A stretch of DNA of 64,000 bases from an uncultured Prevotella sp. (lineage in GTDB: Bacteria > Bacteroidota > Bacteroidia > Bacteroidales > Bacteroidaceae), in contig ONYZ01000010.1 of NCBI GenBank assembly GCA_900322175.1, positions 8,835 through 72,834 of the forward strand. The letters run 5' to 3'. Below the pieces are notes generated by a model. That model was not told the origin of the DNA, ran no database searches, and worked only from the letters and a program-made list of their open reading frames with translations. Below, one piece after another: positions 30,405 to 40,044 of the stretch; the first letter of the stretch is position 1; each line of letters opens with the position of its first letter. Made by a program: the position numbers and the translations under genes.

Positions 30405-30457
30405 GACCAATCTCACCACGCTTCCCGTTGACCAGCGTACCAGGGTGAGACTTTTTT
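30405..30457 (+). ncRNA. Putative AbiF-associated RNA hairpin
   Basis: TCTCACC/GGTGAGA stem enclosing ACGCTTCCCGTTGACCAGCGT, then a T-run; degenerate promoter TATCTATG upstream. Confidence 0.5.
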
Positions 30458-30477
30458 GTATAAATGAGAATCGATAT

Positions 30478-30540
30478 ATGAGTACATATACTAAAAGTGC
30501 ACTTGACACTCCATACCTATTAGCCATACTGAAAGGGTGA
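30478..30540 (+). pseudogene. Truncated N-terminus of an Abi_2/AbiF-family protein
   Basis: MSTYTKSALDTPYLLAILKG* resembles the Y-x-K-x-[AP]-L...L-K-x-R-G-L start of Abi_2 proteins. Confidence 0.45.
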
Positions 30541-30597
30541 CTCGGTATTTTGGGGACTCTCACCCATTAGAATACGTTCGTGCTGGACGAACACAAT

Positions 30598-30625
30598 AAG
30601 AGGATGTGCGCTGGCACATCCTCTT
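30598..30625 (-). terminator. Hairpin downstream of the RND operon
   Basis: AAGAGGATGTGC/GCACATCCTCTT 12-bp stem. Confidence 0.6.
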
Positions 30626-30653
30626 CGATTTGTTATGGTTTCACGTCTATTGT

Positions 30654-32093
30654 CTATTTCGTGCCACCACCGAGGGCGATATAGAGGGCGATGAGAGCCT
30701 GGGCACCATTGTACAGATTAGCGGCCTCGCTGAGTTGGGCCTGAAGCAAATCCTCCTGGGCCATGAGCACCTCAATGTAGTTGGCCTTGCCGTTGTCCAT
30801 CAGTTCGTGTGTACCAGTATAGGCATCGTAGAGCACCTCGACCTGACGGCGGTAGTAGCCATATTTCTCTTGGGCATTCTCACAGTCGGCCATGGCCTCG
30901 TTCACCTGATTGCCAGCATCGATGACGGTCTGAACATACTTGTTCTGTAGATCCTCATAGGTCAGCTTGTTGATCTTAAGATTGGCTGTCAGTTGACCAC
31001 GGGCAAAGATGGGCTGTGTCAACTGGCCTACGGCTGTCAGGAGCAGTTTGCCGGGATTGACAACCATATCGCCTGCAGAGTTTGTCCAGCCTGCCGTTCC
31101 CGTCAGCGTGATGCTGGGGAAGAAAGCCGAACGGGCAGCCTGCGTATTGTAGAAGGCCTCCTCCATGGCGTGGTTGGCCATGCGGATGTCAGGACGCTGT
31201 TCAAGCATCGTAGCAGGCACGCCAATCTTTGTTAACCGTTCATTAATCATGTGCTGATCAAGAGGGTCTTTGGGTTTCTCAGTGATCGCCGAGGTGCCCC
31301 ACTTCTTGCGCTCTATGTGCTGTGGTGTGATGGCCAGCAGTTTGCAGATAGCGTTTTCGGTGGCACGGATATTGCGTCGCGTGTCGACAATCTGCGTCTT
31401 GACATTGATGTAAGATGCCTCCATCTGGTTGACAGCGGTAGCATAAGCCTTACCGTTCTCGAAGAGCGTCTTCTGAGTTTCGAGTGAGGCCCCCCATAGG
31501 CTGTCGGTCATAGTCAGGATATCCAACTGGCGATCAAGCAACTGTAGCATGTAGTACTGCTGGGCAACAACACTGACCAGATTGGTTCGCACGGCTTCTT
31601 CATACATCTGAGCCTGCAGGAGAACAGCCTTCGAGGCACGCTTCTTGTTGGTAATGGAAGCGAAGACATCGACATCTATCGACAGTTGCAGTGGCAGGTT
31701 GTAGGTCTTCCCCCAGGGGTTGTTGTCAAACTTGGCGAGCGTGCCCTGCGGCGCTAAGTAGAGCGACGGCAGGTAGGCAAGTTTGGCGGCCTTAAGCGCA
31801 GCCTCGCTCTTCTCCACGGCTATACGGGCAGAATTCAGGTCGGTATTACTGGCAAGTGCTTGTTCGATGAGTTGCTGTAGCAGCGGGTCGGCAAAGAACT
31901 CGCGCCACGACATCTGTGCGATGGACTCACCCCCTGTGGCACTGCCCAGTTCAGTACCGAACACGCCAGCAGGTGTCTCCACCTTATTATCATACTTATT
32001 ATATAGGCCGCAGCCCGTGAGTGACAGCAATATTACTGCAGCCACAATGTAAAAATTAGACAATTCAAAAATTAAAGATTTATTCCGTTTCAT
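30654..32093 (-). CDS. RND efflux outer-membrane factor (TolC/OprM-like lipoprotein)
   Basis: LTGC lipobox; WREFFADPLL, LEQRPDI and LYIALGGG. Confidence 0.9.
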   Translation of the reverse strand: MKRNKSLIFELSNFYIVAAVILLSLTGCGLYNKYDNKVETPAGVFGTELGSATGGESIAQMSWREFFADPLLQQLIEQALASNTDLNSARIAVEKSEAALKAAKLAYLPSLYLAPQGTLAKFDNNPWGKTYNLPLQLSIDVDVFASITNKKRASKAVLLQAQMYEEAVRTNLVSVVAQQYYMLQLLDRQLDILTMTDSLWGASLETQKTLFENGKAYATAVNQMEASYINVKTQIVDTRRNIRATENAICKLLAITPQHIERKKWGTSAITEKPKDPLDQHMINERLTKIGVPATMLEQRPDIRMANHAMEEAFYNTQAARSAFFPSITLTGTAGWTNSAGDMVVNPGKLLLTAVGQLTQPIFARGQLTANLKINKLTYEDLQNKYVQTVIDAGNQVNEAMADCENAQEKYGYYRRQVEVLYDAYTGTHELMDNGKANYIEVLMAQEDLLQAQLSEAANLYNGAQALIALYIALGGGTK

Positions 32094-32118
32094 AGAGCAT
32101 TCTTACATTATATAATTT

Positions 32119-35100
32119 TTACATTTCTACATTTTTCACTACTTCCTTGCCCTGGAACTTCTCATGCAGTTTCTGGAACACAATAAAGAAGGCGGGAACG
32201 ACGAAGAGCAGGGCAATGGTACCGACGCTCATACCACCGATGACACCAAGGGCAAGGGCACGGTTACCATTGGCACCGGCACCACCCTCAATGACGAGCG
32301 GTATCATACCAATGATCATTGTAGCCACCGTCATCAGAATGGGGCGCAGACGCTCCTTACAAGCCTCAAAGGCAGCCTCGGCAATACCCATGCCCTGGGC
32401 ACGGCGCTCTGAAGCGAACTCCGTAATCAGGATGGCCGTCTTAGACAATAGACCAATCAACATGATGACACCCGTCTGCAAATAGATGTTGTTGTCCATG
32501 CCTGGTATACCTTGCGTATAGCCAAGATAAGCGAAGACAAAGGCTCCCATCAGTCCGAATGGCACACTGAACAGCACGGCCCACGGGGTGAACCACGAGT
32601 TGTACAGAGAGGCAAGGATGAGATAGATCAGGATGGCACAGATGACGTAGATGATAGCGGTGGAATTAGAGCCGGAAGCCTCCTCCAACTCGCGCGACAT
32701 ACCGCTATATTCGTAGGTGGCCGTAGCAGGCATCTCCTCCTTGAATACCTCGGCGATGACCTTGTGGGCGTCGCCCTCGGTATAGCCGCTTCCTGGAGAG
32801 ATGTAGCAAGTGATGCTCTGGAACAGGTTGAAGTGCTCGATGTTGGCAGGACCAACAATCTGCTTGAGCGAGACGAACTCGGAGATGGGGGCCATCTTGC
32901 CGCCCTTCACCTGCACGAAGATATTGTTAAGCGACTGCGGGTCGAGACGATATTCGGGCGAGGCAGCAGCCATGATGCGGTAAACTTTACCAAACTGGTT
33001 GAAGTTACCGATGTATGCACCACCGCAGAAAGTACCTAACGTGTTGAGTACTTCAGCAGCTGACACGCCAGCACGGTCGCACTGGACAGGGTCGATGTCG
33101 ACCTGATATTTCGGGAAGCGCTCAGAGTAGGTTGACATGGCGGAGGCGATCTCCGGACGCTCAGACAATTTGGCTAAGAAGTGCTCGGTCTGCTTGGCAA
33201 ACTCGGAAAGGTTGCCGTCGGTGGGGTCTTCCACCACAAGGCTCACACTGTTACTCGTACCATAGCCAGGTATCTGAGGCAGCTCGAAGGGCAGCACCTG
33301 CACGTTCTTGATGTCCTGACAGTCAAAGTAGAAACGGTACATGACGAGGGTCAACAGATGGTTCATACCCGGACGCTCGTCCCAGTTCTTCAGACGGACG
33401 ATGAGGGTGGCAAAGTTGGAACCAGCACCAGAGAACATACCATAACCGCAGCATACGGCAAAGCTCTCAAGCTCGGGAATATTCTTTACCTTCGCCTCCA
33501 CTTGTTTCACCATCTCACGTGTCTGCTTCAGTGTGGTGCCTTCCGGTGCACGCAGTTCGGCAAGGAACACACCCTGGTCCTCCTGTGGTACAAGACCCGA
33601 CGGCAGACTCTTCATGAAGAACATCAGCAGTACGGCGGTGACAGCCAGCAGGCTCCATGCCAGGATGGGGCGCTTGATGAACTTCTGAACACTGCGGCTG
33701 TATTTGTTGTATATGGCATTATAACTGACGGTATAGGCCTTCTTGGTGTAGTAGGTCAAACCCTTGCCTTCATGCTTGCCTTCCTTCATTCTCATCATAA
33801 TGGCGCAGAGAGCAGGACAGAGCGTGAGGGCTGATACGCACGACAAGCCGACAGAAGAGGCAATCGTGATACCGAACTGGGTGAAGAACGTGCCTGACGT
33901 GCCGGGCATAAAGGTCACGGGGATGAACACGGCCATAAATACCAGGGTACAAGATACCACGGCTACCGACACCTCGCTCATGGCCTGGCGGGTAGCCTCG
34001 CGGGCATCACTGATACCGCTCTCCATTTTCGCCATAACAGCCTCCACCACCACAATGGCGTCGTCAACCACCGTACCAATGGCCAGCACCAGTGCAAACA
34101 GCGTCAGGATGTTGAGCGAGAAACCTGCCAGCGAGACGATGGCAAAGGTGCCCAATAGTGAAACGATAATCGAGATAGAGGGGATGATGGTGGCCTTGAA
34201 GTTCTGCAGGAAGAAGAACACCACAAGCACCACAAGGATGATGGCGATGATAAGCGTCTCAACCACGTTGTGGATGGCGGCAAAGAGGAAGTCGTCGCTG
34301 GTCATCAAGGTAATAAACTCCAGACCAGCAGGCATGTTGGCCTTCAACTCCTCAAACGTCTTGTTGATGCGGGCATTCACCTCGGTAGCGTTGGCACCCG
34401 GGGCCTGGAATACCATGAACATAGCCCCCGGACGGTCTTGGATGTTCGAAGTGAAGTTGTAGCTCATGGCGCCAATCTTCACATCGGCCACATCGCTCAG
34501 GTGTAGCATACCGCCGCCACTGGTGCGCAGCACGATGTCGTTGAACTCTTCAACACTTTTAAGCGTACCTTTGTACTGCATGCTGTACTGGTAGGAGTTC
34601 TCCGACTGCTCGCCCAGCGAACCCATAGCCGACACGAAACTCTGTCCGCCAATGGCGGCGAAGACCTCGTTAGGAGTCAGGCCGTACTGTGCCATCACGT
34701 CAGGCTTGAGCCAGATGCGCAGGGCATAAGTGTTACCCAGACTCAGCACGTTACCCACACCGGTGATACGCATCAGACGCGGTTTGACGTTGATATCAAC
34801 GTAGTTAGACACGAAGTCTTCATCGTACTTGCCGTCGGAACTTCTCACAGCGAAGATCTGAAGGATGTTGTTCTGTCGTTTCTGTACAGACACACCGATC
34901 TTGTTCACGTCGGCAGGGAGCAGGGCTTGTGCACGGGTAACACGGTTCTGCACGTTCACAGCTGCCATGTCAGGATCGACACCCTGCTTGAAATATACAC
35001 TGATTTCAACGTCACCGTTTGACGAGGCCTTTGAGGTCATGTAGGTCATGTCTGACACACCGTTGATGGCCTCTTCGAGCGGCTGGATGACCGACTTCAT

Positions 35101-35274
35101 TACAGTATTCTCGTCAGCACCGGAGTAGCTGGTACTTACCGACACCGTAGGTGGTGCGATATCCGGGTATTGCTCCACTGCCAGCGTGCTCATCGAGATG
35201 TAGCCCACCAGCGCTATCACAATCGAGATGGCACACGCCATCACGTATTTATTGATGAAAATATTGTTCTTCAT
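32119..35274 (-). CDS. RND efflux permease (AcrB/HAE1 family)
   Basis: QYPDIAPP, AIGTVVDDAIVVVE, KTAILITEFA and RLRPILMT. Confidence 0.92.
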   Translation of the reverse strand: MKNNIFINKYVMACAISIVIALVGYISMSTLAVEQYPDIAPPTVSVSTSYSGADENTVMKSVIQPLEEAINGVSDMTYMTSKASSNGDVEISVYFKQGVDPDMAAVNVQNRVTRAQALLPADVNKIGVSVQKRQNNILQIFAVRSSDGKYDEDFVSNYVDINVKPRLMRITGVGNVLSLGNTYALRIWLKPDVMAQYGLTPNEVFAAIGGQSFVSAMGSLGEQSENSYQYSMQYKGTLKSVEEFNDIVLRTSGGGMLHLSDVADVKIGAMSYNFTSNIQDRPGAMFMVFQAPGANATEVNARINKTFEELKANMPAGLEFITLMTSDDFLFAAIHNVVETLIIAIILVVLVVFFFLQNFKATIIPSISIIVSLLGTFAIVSLAGFSLNILTLFALVLAIGTVVDDAIVVVEAVMAKMESGISDAREATRQAMSEVSVAVVSCTLVFMAVFIPVTFMPGTSGTFFTQFGITIASSVGLSCVSALTLCPALCAIMMRMKEGKHEGKGLTYYTKKAYTVSYNAIYNKYSRSVQKFIKRPILAWSLLAVTAVLLMFFMKSLPSGLVPQEDQGVFLAELRAPEGTTLKQTREMVKQVEAKVKNIPELESFAVCCGYGMFSGAGSNFATLIVRLKNWDERPGMNHLLTLVMYRFYFDCQDIKNVQVLPFELPQIPGYGTSNSVSLVVEDPTDGNLSEFAKQTEHFLAKLSERPEIASAMSTYSERFPKYQVDIDPVQCDRAGVSAAEVLNTLGTFCGGAYIGNFNQFGKVYRIMAAASPEYRLDPQSLNNIFVQVKGGKMAPISEFVSLKQIVGPANIEHFNLFQSITCYISPGSGYTEGDAHKVIAEVFKEEMPATATYEYSGMSRELEEASGSNSTAIIYVICAILIYLILASLYNSWFTPWAVLFSVPFGLMGAFVFAYLGYTQGIPGMDNNIYLQTGVIMLIGLLSKTAILITEFASERRAQGMGIAEAAFEACKERLRPILMTVATMIIGMIPLVIEGGAGANGNRALALGVIGGMSVGTIALLFVVPAFFIVFQKLHEKFQGKEVVKNVEM

Positions 35275-35307
35275 ATTTCGAAATATCGATATTACGTTAT
35301 AACGAAA

Positions 35308-36438
35308 CTACTTTTCACTTTTCGGTTCCTCAGGGAAAAGCACCTGCTGACCCTCTGTCACGTTGTTGGCGCCGGTGGTTACAATGCGATCACCAGGATT
35401 CAAGCCACTGGTGATGATGAAGTCCTTACCGTTACCAGTATCTTCTGTCGTCACTTCAACAGCGGTGGCTGTGCTATCGGCCTTTACCTTGTAAACCTGT
35501 GACTTGTCCTGAAGGCGTATCACGGCATTCTGCGGAATGACAATCACGCCATCCTCGGCAAAGTTCATCACCACCGTACCCTGGATACCAGAGTACAGAT
35601 GACCGTCGGGATTAGGGAACGACACCTTAGCGGTCAGCGAACCGGTAGCGGCATTAACGACACCCGTCAGACTGGCGACACGACCTTTATGGGGATACTC
35701 CGTACCGCTCTTCATGATAAACGTGGCATCGGGCAGCATACTGATATATTTTTCAACATCGGCAGCTTTCATACCTTCCTTCACCATCGACTCGATAATG
35801 CTCTCCGTTACTGAAATCTCGGCGTACATCGTCGTATTGCCACTCAGCATGGTCAACTGCGTAGCAGGAGAAACCTGGTCACCGGCACGCACGGGGATCT
35901 CGCCGATAATACCGGCAACAGAAGCCGTGATGGTGCAGAAGCCGAGGTTCACCTTGGCACGGTTCACTGATGCACGGGCTTGGGCCACAGCAGCCTGGGC
36001 CTGCTTGTAGGAGTTCTCAGAGTTGTTAAGCATATAACTGCTCACGATCTTCTTATCATACAGGTTCTTGTTTGATTCATACTCCAGTTTGGCAGAGTTC
36101 TCCTGAGCCAGAGCAGCCTGCAGGTTAGCCTCGGCAGCCTCCAATTCCAATTGGGCGTTGCGGGAGTCGATGACGAAGAGCGTCTGCCCCTTTTTCACCT
36201 GCTGACCCTCAGTAACGCAGATTTTTACCAATTGTCCACTCACCTGTGGTGTTACAGTAACGTCGTTCTGGCCTTTCATCCTGGCACTGAACTTGTAAGG
36301 GAGTTCGATACTCGATTTCTCCACTGTCATAGTTTCATACGATGACTGTGTCTCCTTTGGCATGTCAACTCCGCACGATGCCAATCCTACTGCAGCACCG
36401 AGCATCCATACCCACATTGAACCATTCTTTTTTTTCAT
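35308..36438 (-). CDS. RND periplasmic adaptor (AcrA-like lipoprotein)
   Basis: LASC lipobox; PQVSGQL...EGQQVKKGQTLF and SGLNPGDRIV. Confidence 0.9.
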   Translation of the reverse strand: MKKKNGSMWVWMLGAAVGLASCGVDMPKETQSSYETMTVEKSSIELPYKFSARMKGQNDVTVTPQVSGQLVKICVTEGQQVKKGQTLFVIDSRNAQLELEAAEANLQAALAQENSAKLEYESNKNLYDKKIVSSYMLNNSENSYKQAQAAVAQARASVNRAKVNLGFCTITASVAGIIGEIPVRAGDQVSPATQLTMLSGNTTMYAEISVTESIIESMVKEGMKAADVEKYISMLPDATFIMKSGTEYPHKGRVASLTGVVNAATGSLTAKVSFPNPDGHLYSGIQGTVVMNFAEDGVIVIPQNAVIRLQDKSQVYKVKADSTATAVEVTTEDTGNGKDFIITSGLNPGDRIVTTGANNVTEGQQVLFPEEPKSEK

Positions 36439-36622
36439 GATTAATAATATTTATAGTTATTGTTTCAACTTGTTGACAAAGATACAAATAAGCGAGCAAA
36501 AAAACAAATAAAAAAGGAAAAAAAAGTTTTTAAACAATTTTACTCCTTAGTTTATCACTCAGTTCTAATGATTCCAACGTTTGATTCTTATCCTTATGGA
36601 TTCCGATAATGGGGCGCTAGCT

Positions 36623-37420
36623 CTAATCATCCTCGTCTTCTACTACGTCGCTGTAGCGGAATGTTTGGTTGTGTTCTATCTCGCTGTGGGCGGAGAAGTA
36701 GCCTAGGCAGCCACCAGTGAAGTTGTCGATAGGGTTAGTGCCGGTGCTTGACATCTGCTGCATGGAGTATAGATAGTCGTAGGAGCGCTGGTCGATGGCA
36801 CGGATGACTATCCTGAGTTGGTCACCATCGCGGAGCACGTCGCTACCGCCTTCGCCATCGCGGAAGAAAGTGAAGAGCTGCTGCAACTCCTTGTTGGGAT
36901 TCTTGTCATCCTTCATCACTGCCCAGCGATAACCCAGACCATTGCGGTAGATATGCATGAAATACCAGTTGCTCTCGTTGGAGATGTCCTGCACTCGCAG
37001 ATCGCCAAAGAGATAGCGCTCTGTCAGCATCTTCTTCCACACCAGTCGAAACTCGTTCATCTTCGGTTTGCGCTGCATGGTGGAAGTGGAGGTGAAGTGA
37101 TGACCGTCTACCTGGACATCCAACTGATAAGTGGTGCCTGCCACGCCCTTAAGTTTGGAGCGATAGTAGCCGTTGTTTGCTAGGGGAATCACGGTACTGG
37201 TTCCGTTGTCGGCAGTAATCGTAACAGTAGCACTATTAACATTGCTGCGCGTCGAGTTGTCGTCCATAGCATTGGTCTTGCTTACACGAATCTCGGTGCC
37301 TGAGCCATCAATGCTTCCCTCGATAACGTAGCGTGTATCGTGGCCATGATAGTCGATAGTGATCTCCTTTTCGCAAGAAATCAGTGCCATTACACATATT
37401 ATATATATTAAGCGACGCAT
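36623..37420 (-). CDS. DUF4249-family lipoprotein
   Basis: LISCEKEI, YVIEG and NFTGGCLGYFSA; follows a TonB receptor. Confidence 0.75.
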   Translation of the reverse strand: MRRLIYIICVMALISCEKEITIDYHGHDTRYVIEGSIDGSGTEIRVSKTNAMDDNSTRSNVNSATVTITADNGTSTVIPLANNGYYRSKLKGVAGTTYQLDVQVDGHHFTSTSTMQRKPKMNEFRLVWKKMLTERYLFGDLRVQDISNESNWYFMHIYRNGLGYRWAVMKDDKNPNKELQQLFTFFRDGEGGSDVLRDGDQLRIVIRAIDQRSYDYLYSMQQMSSTGTNPIDNFTGGCLGYFSAHSEIEHNQTFRYSDVVEDEDD

Positions 37421-37425
37421 ATATG

Positions 37426-39492
37426 TCAGAATTTGATATTAAACGATACCGACGGCACTATGCCGAAGAGCGAATACTGGGTGGCCTTGGTGCGGGCACC
37501 ATTCTCACCGTCCTCGAAGTTGATGAGGAACGGGTTGTAACGATTATACAGATTGTAGATACCGAACACCAGTTGGTGGGTGCGATTGCGATAGCGCTTG
37601 CTCCACACGGCACTCACATCTAAATGGTGAGACGAGGGAGCACGATAGCCGTTGCGCTCGGTATAGTAATATATCCAGTTGTCTTCGATCATATACTTGC
37701 CACTAGGGGCAGTAAAGGCCTGACCACTATTGTACACCCACGAGGCGCTGAACGACCAACGGGGATTGAGGCGGTACATGGCCACGATGTTGATATCATG
37801 ACGGCGATCGTTGTTGGCATCGTACCAGCGCCCCTGATTGATGCCATCGATCTTGGTCTTCGACCACGACAGGGTATAGCCGATCCATCCCGTAAGCCTG
37901 CCATTATTTTTGCGGGCACTTATCTCCACGCCATAACCCTTACCCTCGCCTGCCAGCACCAGTCGCTCTATCTCAATCTCGCTGGCAAACGACTTGCCGT
38001 CGCGATAGTCGAGCACATTGTTGATATGACGATAATAGGCTTCGAGCGAGAAGTCGTAATCCTGATTTGGGGTCATCACAAACACACCTCCGCTTATCTG
38101 ATCGGCCAACTCGGGCTTTACCAAGTTGCTACTCATGGTATAACGGTCGAAGGGCGTAGAGGTGCTCTGATTACGCAGGGCATGCACATTCTGCGAAGTG
38201 CGGGCGTAAGCCAGTTTGAGCGAGGATTGATAATTGAGAATTGACAATTGATAATTAAGAGAGAGGCGGGGTTCGAGCGTGGTGTGGGTCTTTACCACCT
38301 GATTCTTGCTATAGTTATAATACCAAGCTATGTCGCCATTGGGCTCAAGGTCGTAATATAGCGAACCACCCAGAGGCGAGAATGCCGTGAGGCGCAAACC
38401 TGCCGAGACGTTAAGCTTATCGGTGACAGGCGCAGTAAGGTTTACCCAAGCGGCATTATCCCACGCACGACGCTGCTCCTTCTCGTGCAGTGTAATCTGT
38501 TCCCACTCGGCCGACTTGACGTTCATCAGGGCTGTCTGGAATCCCGCTTCCATCTGGTATCTACCCAAATCCAAGTGGAAGTCCTGACGGAATCCTGCCT
38601 GACGGATATGCCCCAGAAAACAGATGTTTATACCAAGAAAATCGATGCCATTATCAGTCTGATAGCCACTATAGTAGGCTGTGGACTGCGAATAGGTATT
38701 GCCACCGAAGTGGTGCAACCACTTAAGACTGGCAGAGAGATTGTTCCAACGGATGTCGACCATATCTTCGAGCGCAGTGCGATCGTTGCCAGTAAAGAAG
38801 CTAAGAAACAGCTGGTTGCGATCGTTGATGGTCCAATCGGCCTTGGCATTAATATCGTAGAAGTAGAGCGTGTTGCCCCTGAAGTCGGGCGACAGCTTAA
38901 GGAACATATCCATATACGAGCGACGGGCTGTGACCAGGAACGAGGCCTTATCCTTGACGATAGGTCCTTCGAGCGTTCCCTTGGCTGCCAACAGACCTAT
39001 GCTGGCACCACCATGCAGTTCGCTCTTGTTACCAGTTTTGCCGATGATATCGAGTACGGCCGACGATGCTCCGCCATACTGTGCAGGCAGCAGTCCCTTA
39101 TAGAGTGTGGCTGATACCAGAGCATCGCTGTTGAAGGCGGAGAACAATCCACCCAGATGGCCCACATTATATACAGGGGCGATATCAACCAGTATCTGAT
39201 TCTGAGCCGACGTGCCACCACGCACCTGGAAACTGCTGGATGCATCGCTCTCACTCTTTACACCAGTGAGCAACTGCATAGAGCGCATAATATCCTGCTC
39301 GCCAAACAACTGTGGCGATGCCGTAAGGTCCTTAAGCTGTACTTGCTCGGCACCCGTCTGTATCTGACGCAGGCGCTGGCGGGCTGAATTTGACTTGACC
39401 ACCACCTCGTCCAACTGTTCCTGTCGCAGGGTGTCGGCAGGGGCAGTTGGCAGCGAAAAGAGCGCCGATAATAGTAATGTTGATAAAAACAT
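37426..39492 (-). CDS. TonB-dependent receptor
   Basis: LDEVVV TonB box, FQVRGG plug, YNLYNR and C-terminal F; start reassigned to ATG 39492. Confidence 0.88.
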   Translation of the reverse strand: MFLSTLLLSALFSLPTAPADTLRQEQLDEVVVKSNSARQRLRQIQTGAEQVQLKDLTASPQLFGEQDIMRSMQLLTGVKSESDASSSFQVRGGTSAQNQILVDIAPVYNVGHLGGLFSAFNSDALVSATLYKGLLPAQYGGASSAVLDIIGKTGNKSELHGGASIGLLAAKGTLEGPIVKDKASFLVTARRSYMDMFLKLSPDFRGNTLYFYDINAKADWTINDRNQLFLSFFTGNDRTALEDMVDIRWNNLSASLKWLHHFGGNTYSQSTAYYSGYQTDNGIDFLGINICFLGHIRQAGFRQDFHLDLGRYQMEAGFQTALMNVKSAEWEQITLHEKEQRRAWDNAAWVNLTAPVTDKLNVSAGLRLTAFSPLGGSLYYDLEPNGDIAWYYNYSKNQVVKTHTTLEPRLSLNYQLSILNYQSSLKLAYARTSQNVHALRNQSTSTPFDRYTMSSNLVKPELADQISGGVFVMTPNQDYDFSLEAYYRHINNVLDYRDGKSFASEIEIERLVLAGEGKGYGVEISARKNNGRLTGWIGYTLSWSKTKIDGINQGRWYDANNDRRHDINIVAMYRLNPRWSFSASWVYNSGQAFTAPSGKYMIEDNWIYYYTERNGYRAPSSHHLDVSAVWSKRYRNRTHQLVFGIYNLYNRYNPFLINFEDGENGARTKATQYSLFGIVPSVSFNIKF

Positions 39493-39573
39493 GATGCAAA
39501 AGTAATATTTTTTTTTGGAAACTCCAAAAAAATTCATATCTTTGCCACCGATTAATCAAAAAAACTAATTGTT

Positions 39574-40044
39574 ATGAAGAAATTATTTGTTGCCGTAGTG
39601 GCAATTGCAGCACTCTGTGCTTGCGGAAGTGGCGAGAAAAAGAACATGGATTATCGCGGACTGTCGATGGGAATGTCATTCAAGACATTCTGCGATTCAC
39701 TGACAGCACGTGGATTTGCAGTGGATTCTGCTAAGACCGATTCTGACTTTGCTACAGTATCTATGTACAACCCCAACCTTAACTACCGCCTGATGCTGGC
39801 ACAGAGGAACGATACGCTGGTAGCTCTGCAGGAGAACTACATCATATCGACCAACGACAGCACTCGCAAGATGTGGCAGAAGATGCACGATGACTTTGAG
39901 AAGCAACTGGGTGCATGGCCCAACATGCTGAAGGACGGACTAGACCATCGTATAGCAAAATTCGAGGCTGATGGTGGTTTTATCACCCTCACCCTCGAAA
40001 ATACTTATAGACCTACGCTAAATGTTCTTTATCAGTTAAAGTAG
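39574..40044 (+). CDS. Hypothetical lipoprotein
   Basis: LCAC lipobox; TATCTTTG promoter upstream. Confidence 0.75.
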   Translation: MKKLFVAVVAIAALCACGSGEKKNMDYRGLSMGMSFKTFCDSLTARGFAVDSAKTDSDFATVSMYNPNLNYRLMLAQRNDTLVALQENYIISTNDSTRKMWQKMHDDFEKQLGAWPNMLKDGLDHRIAKFEADGGFITLTLENTYRPTLNVLYQLK

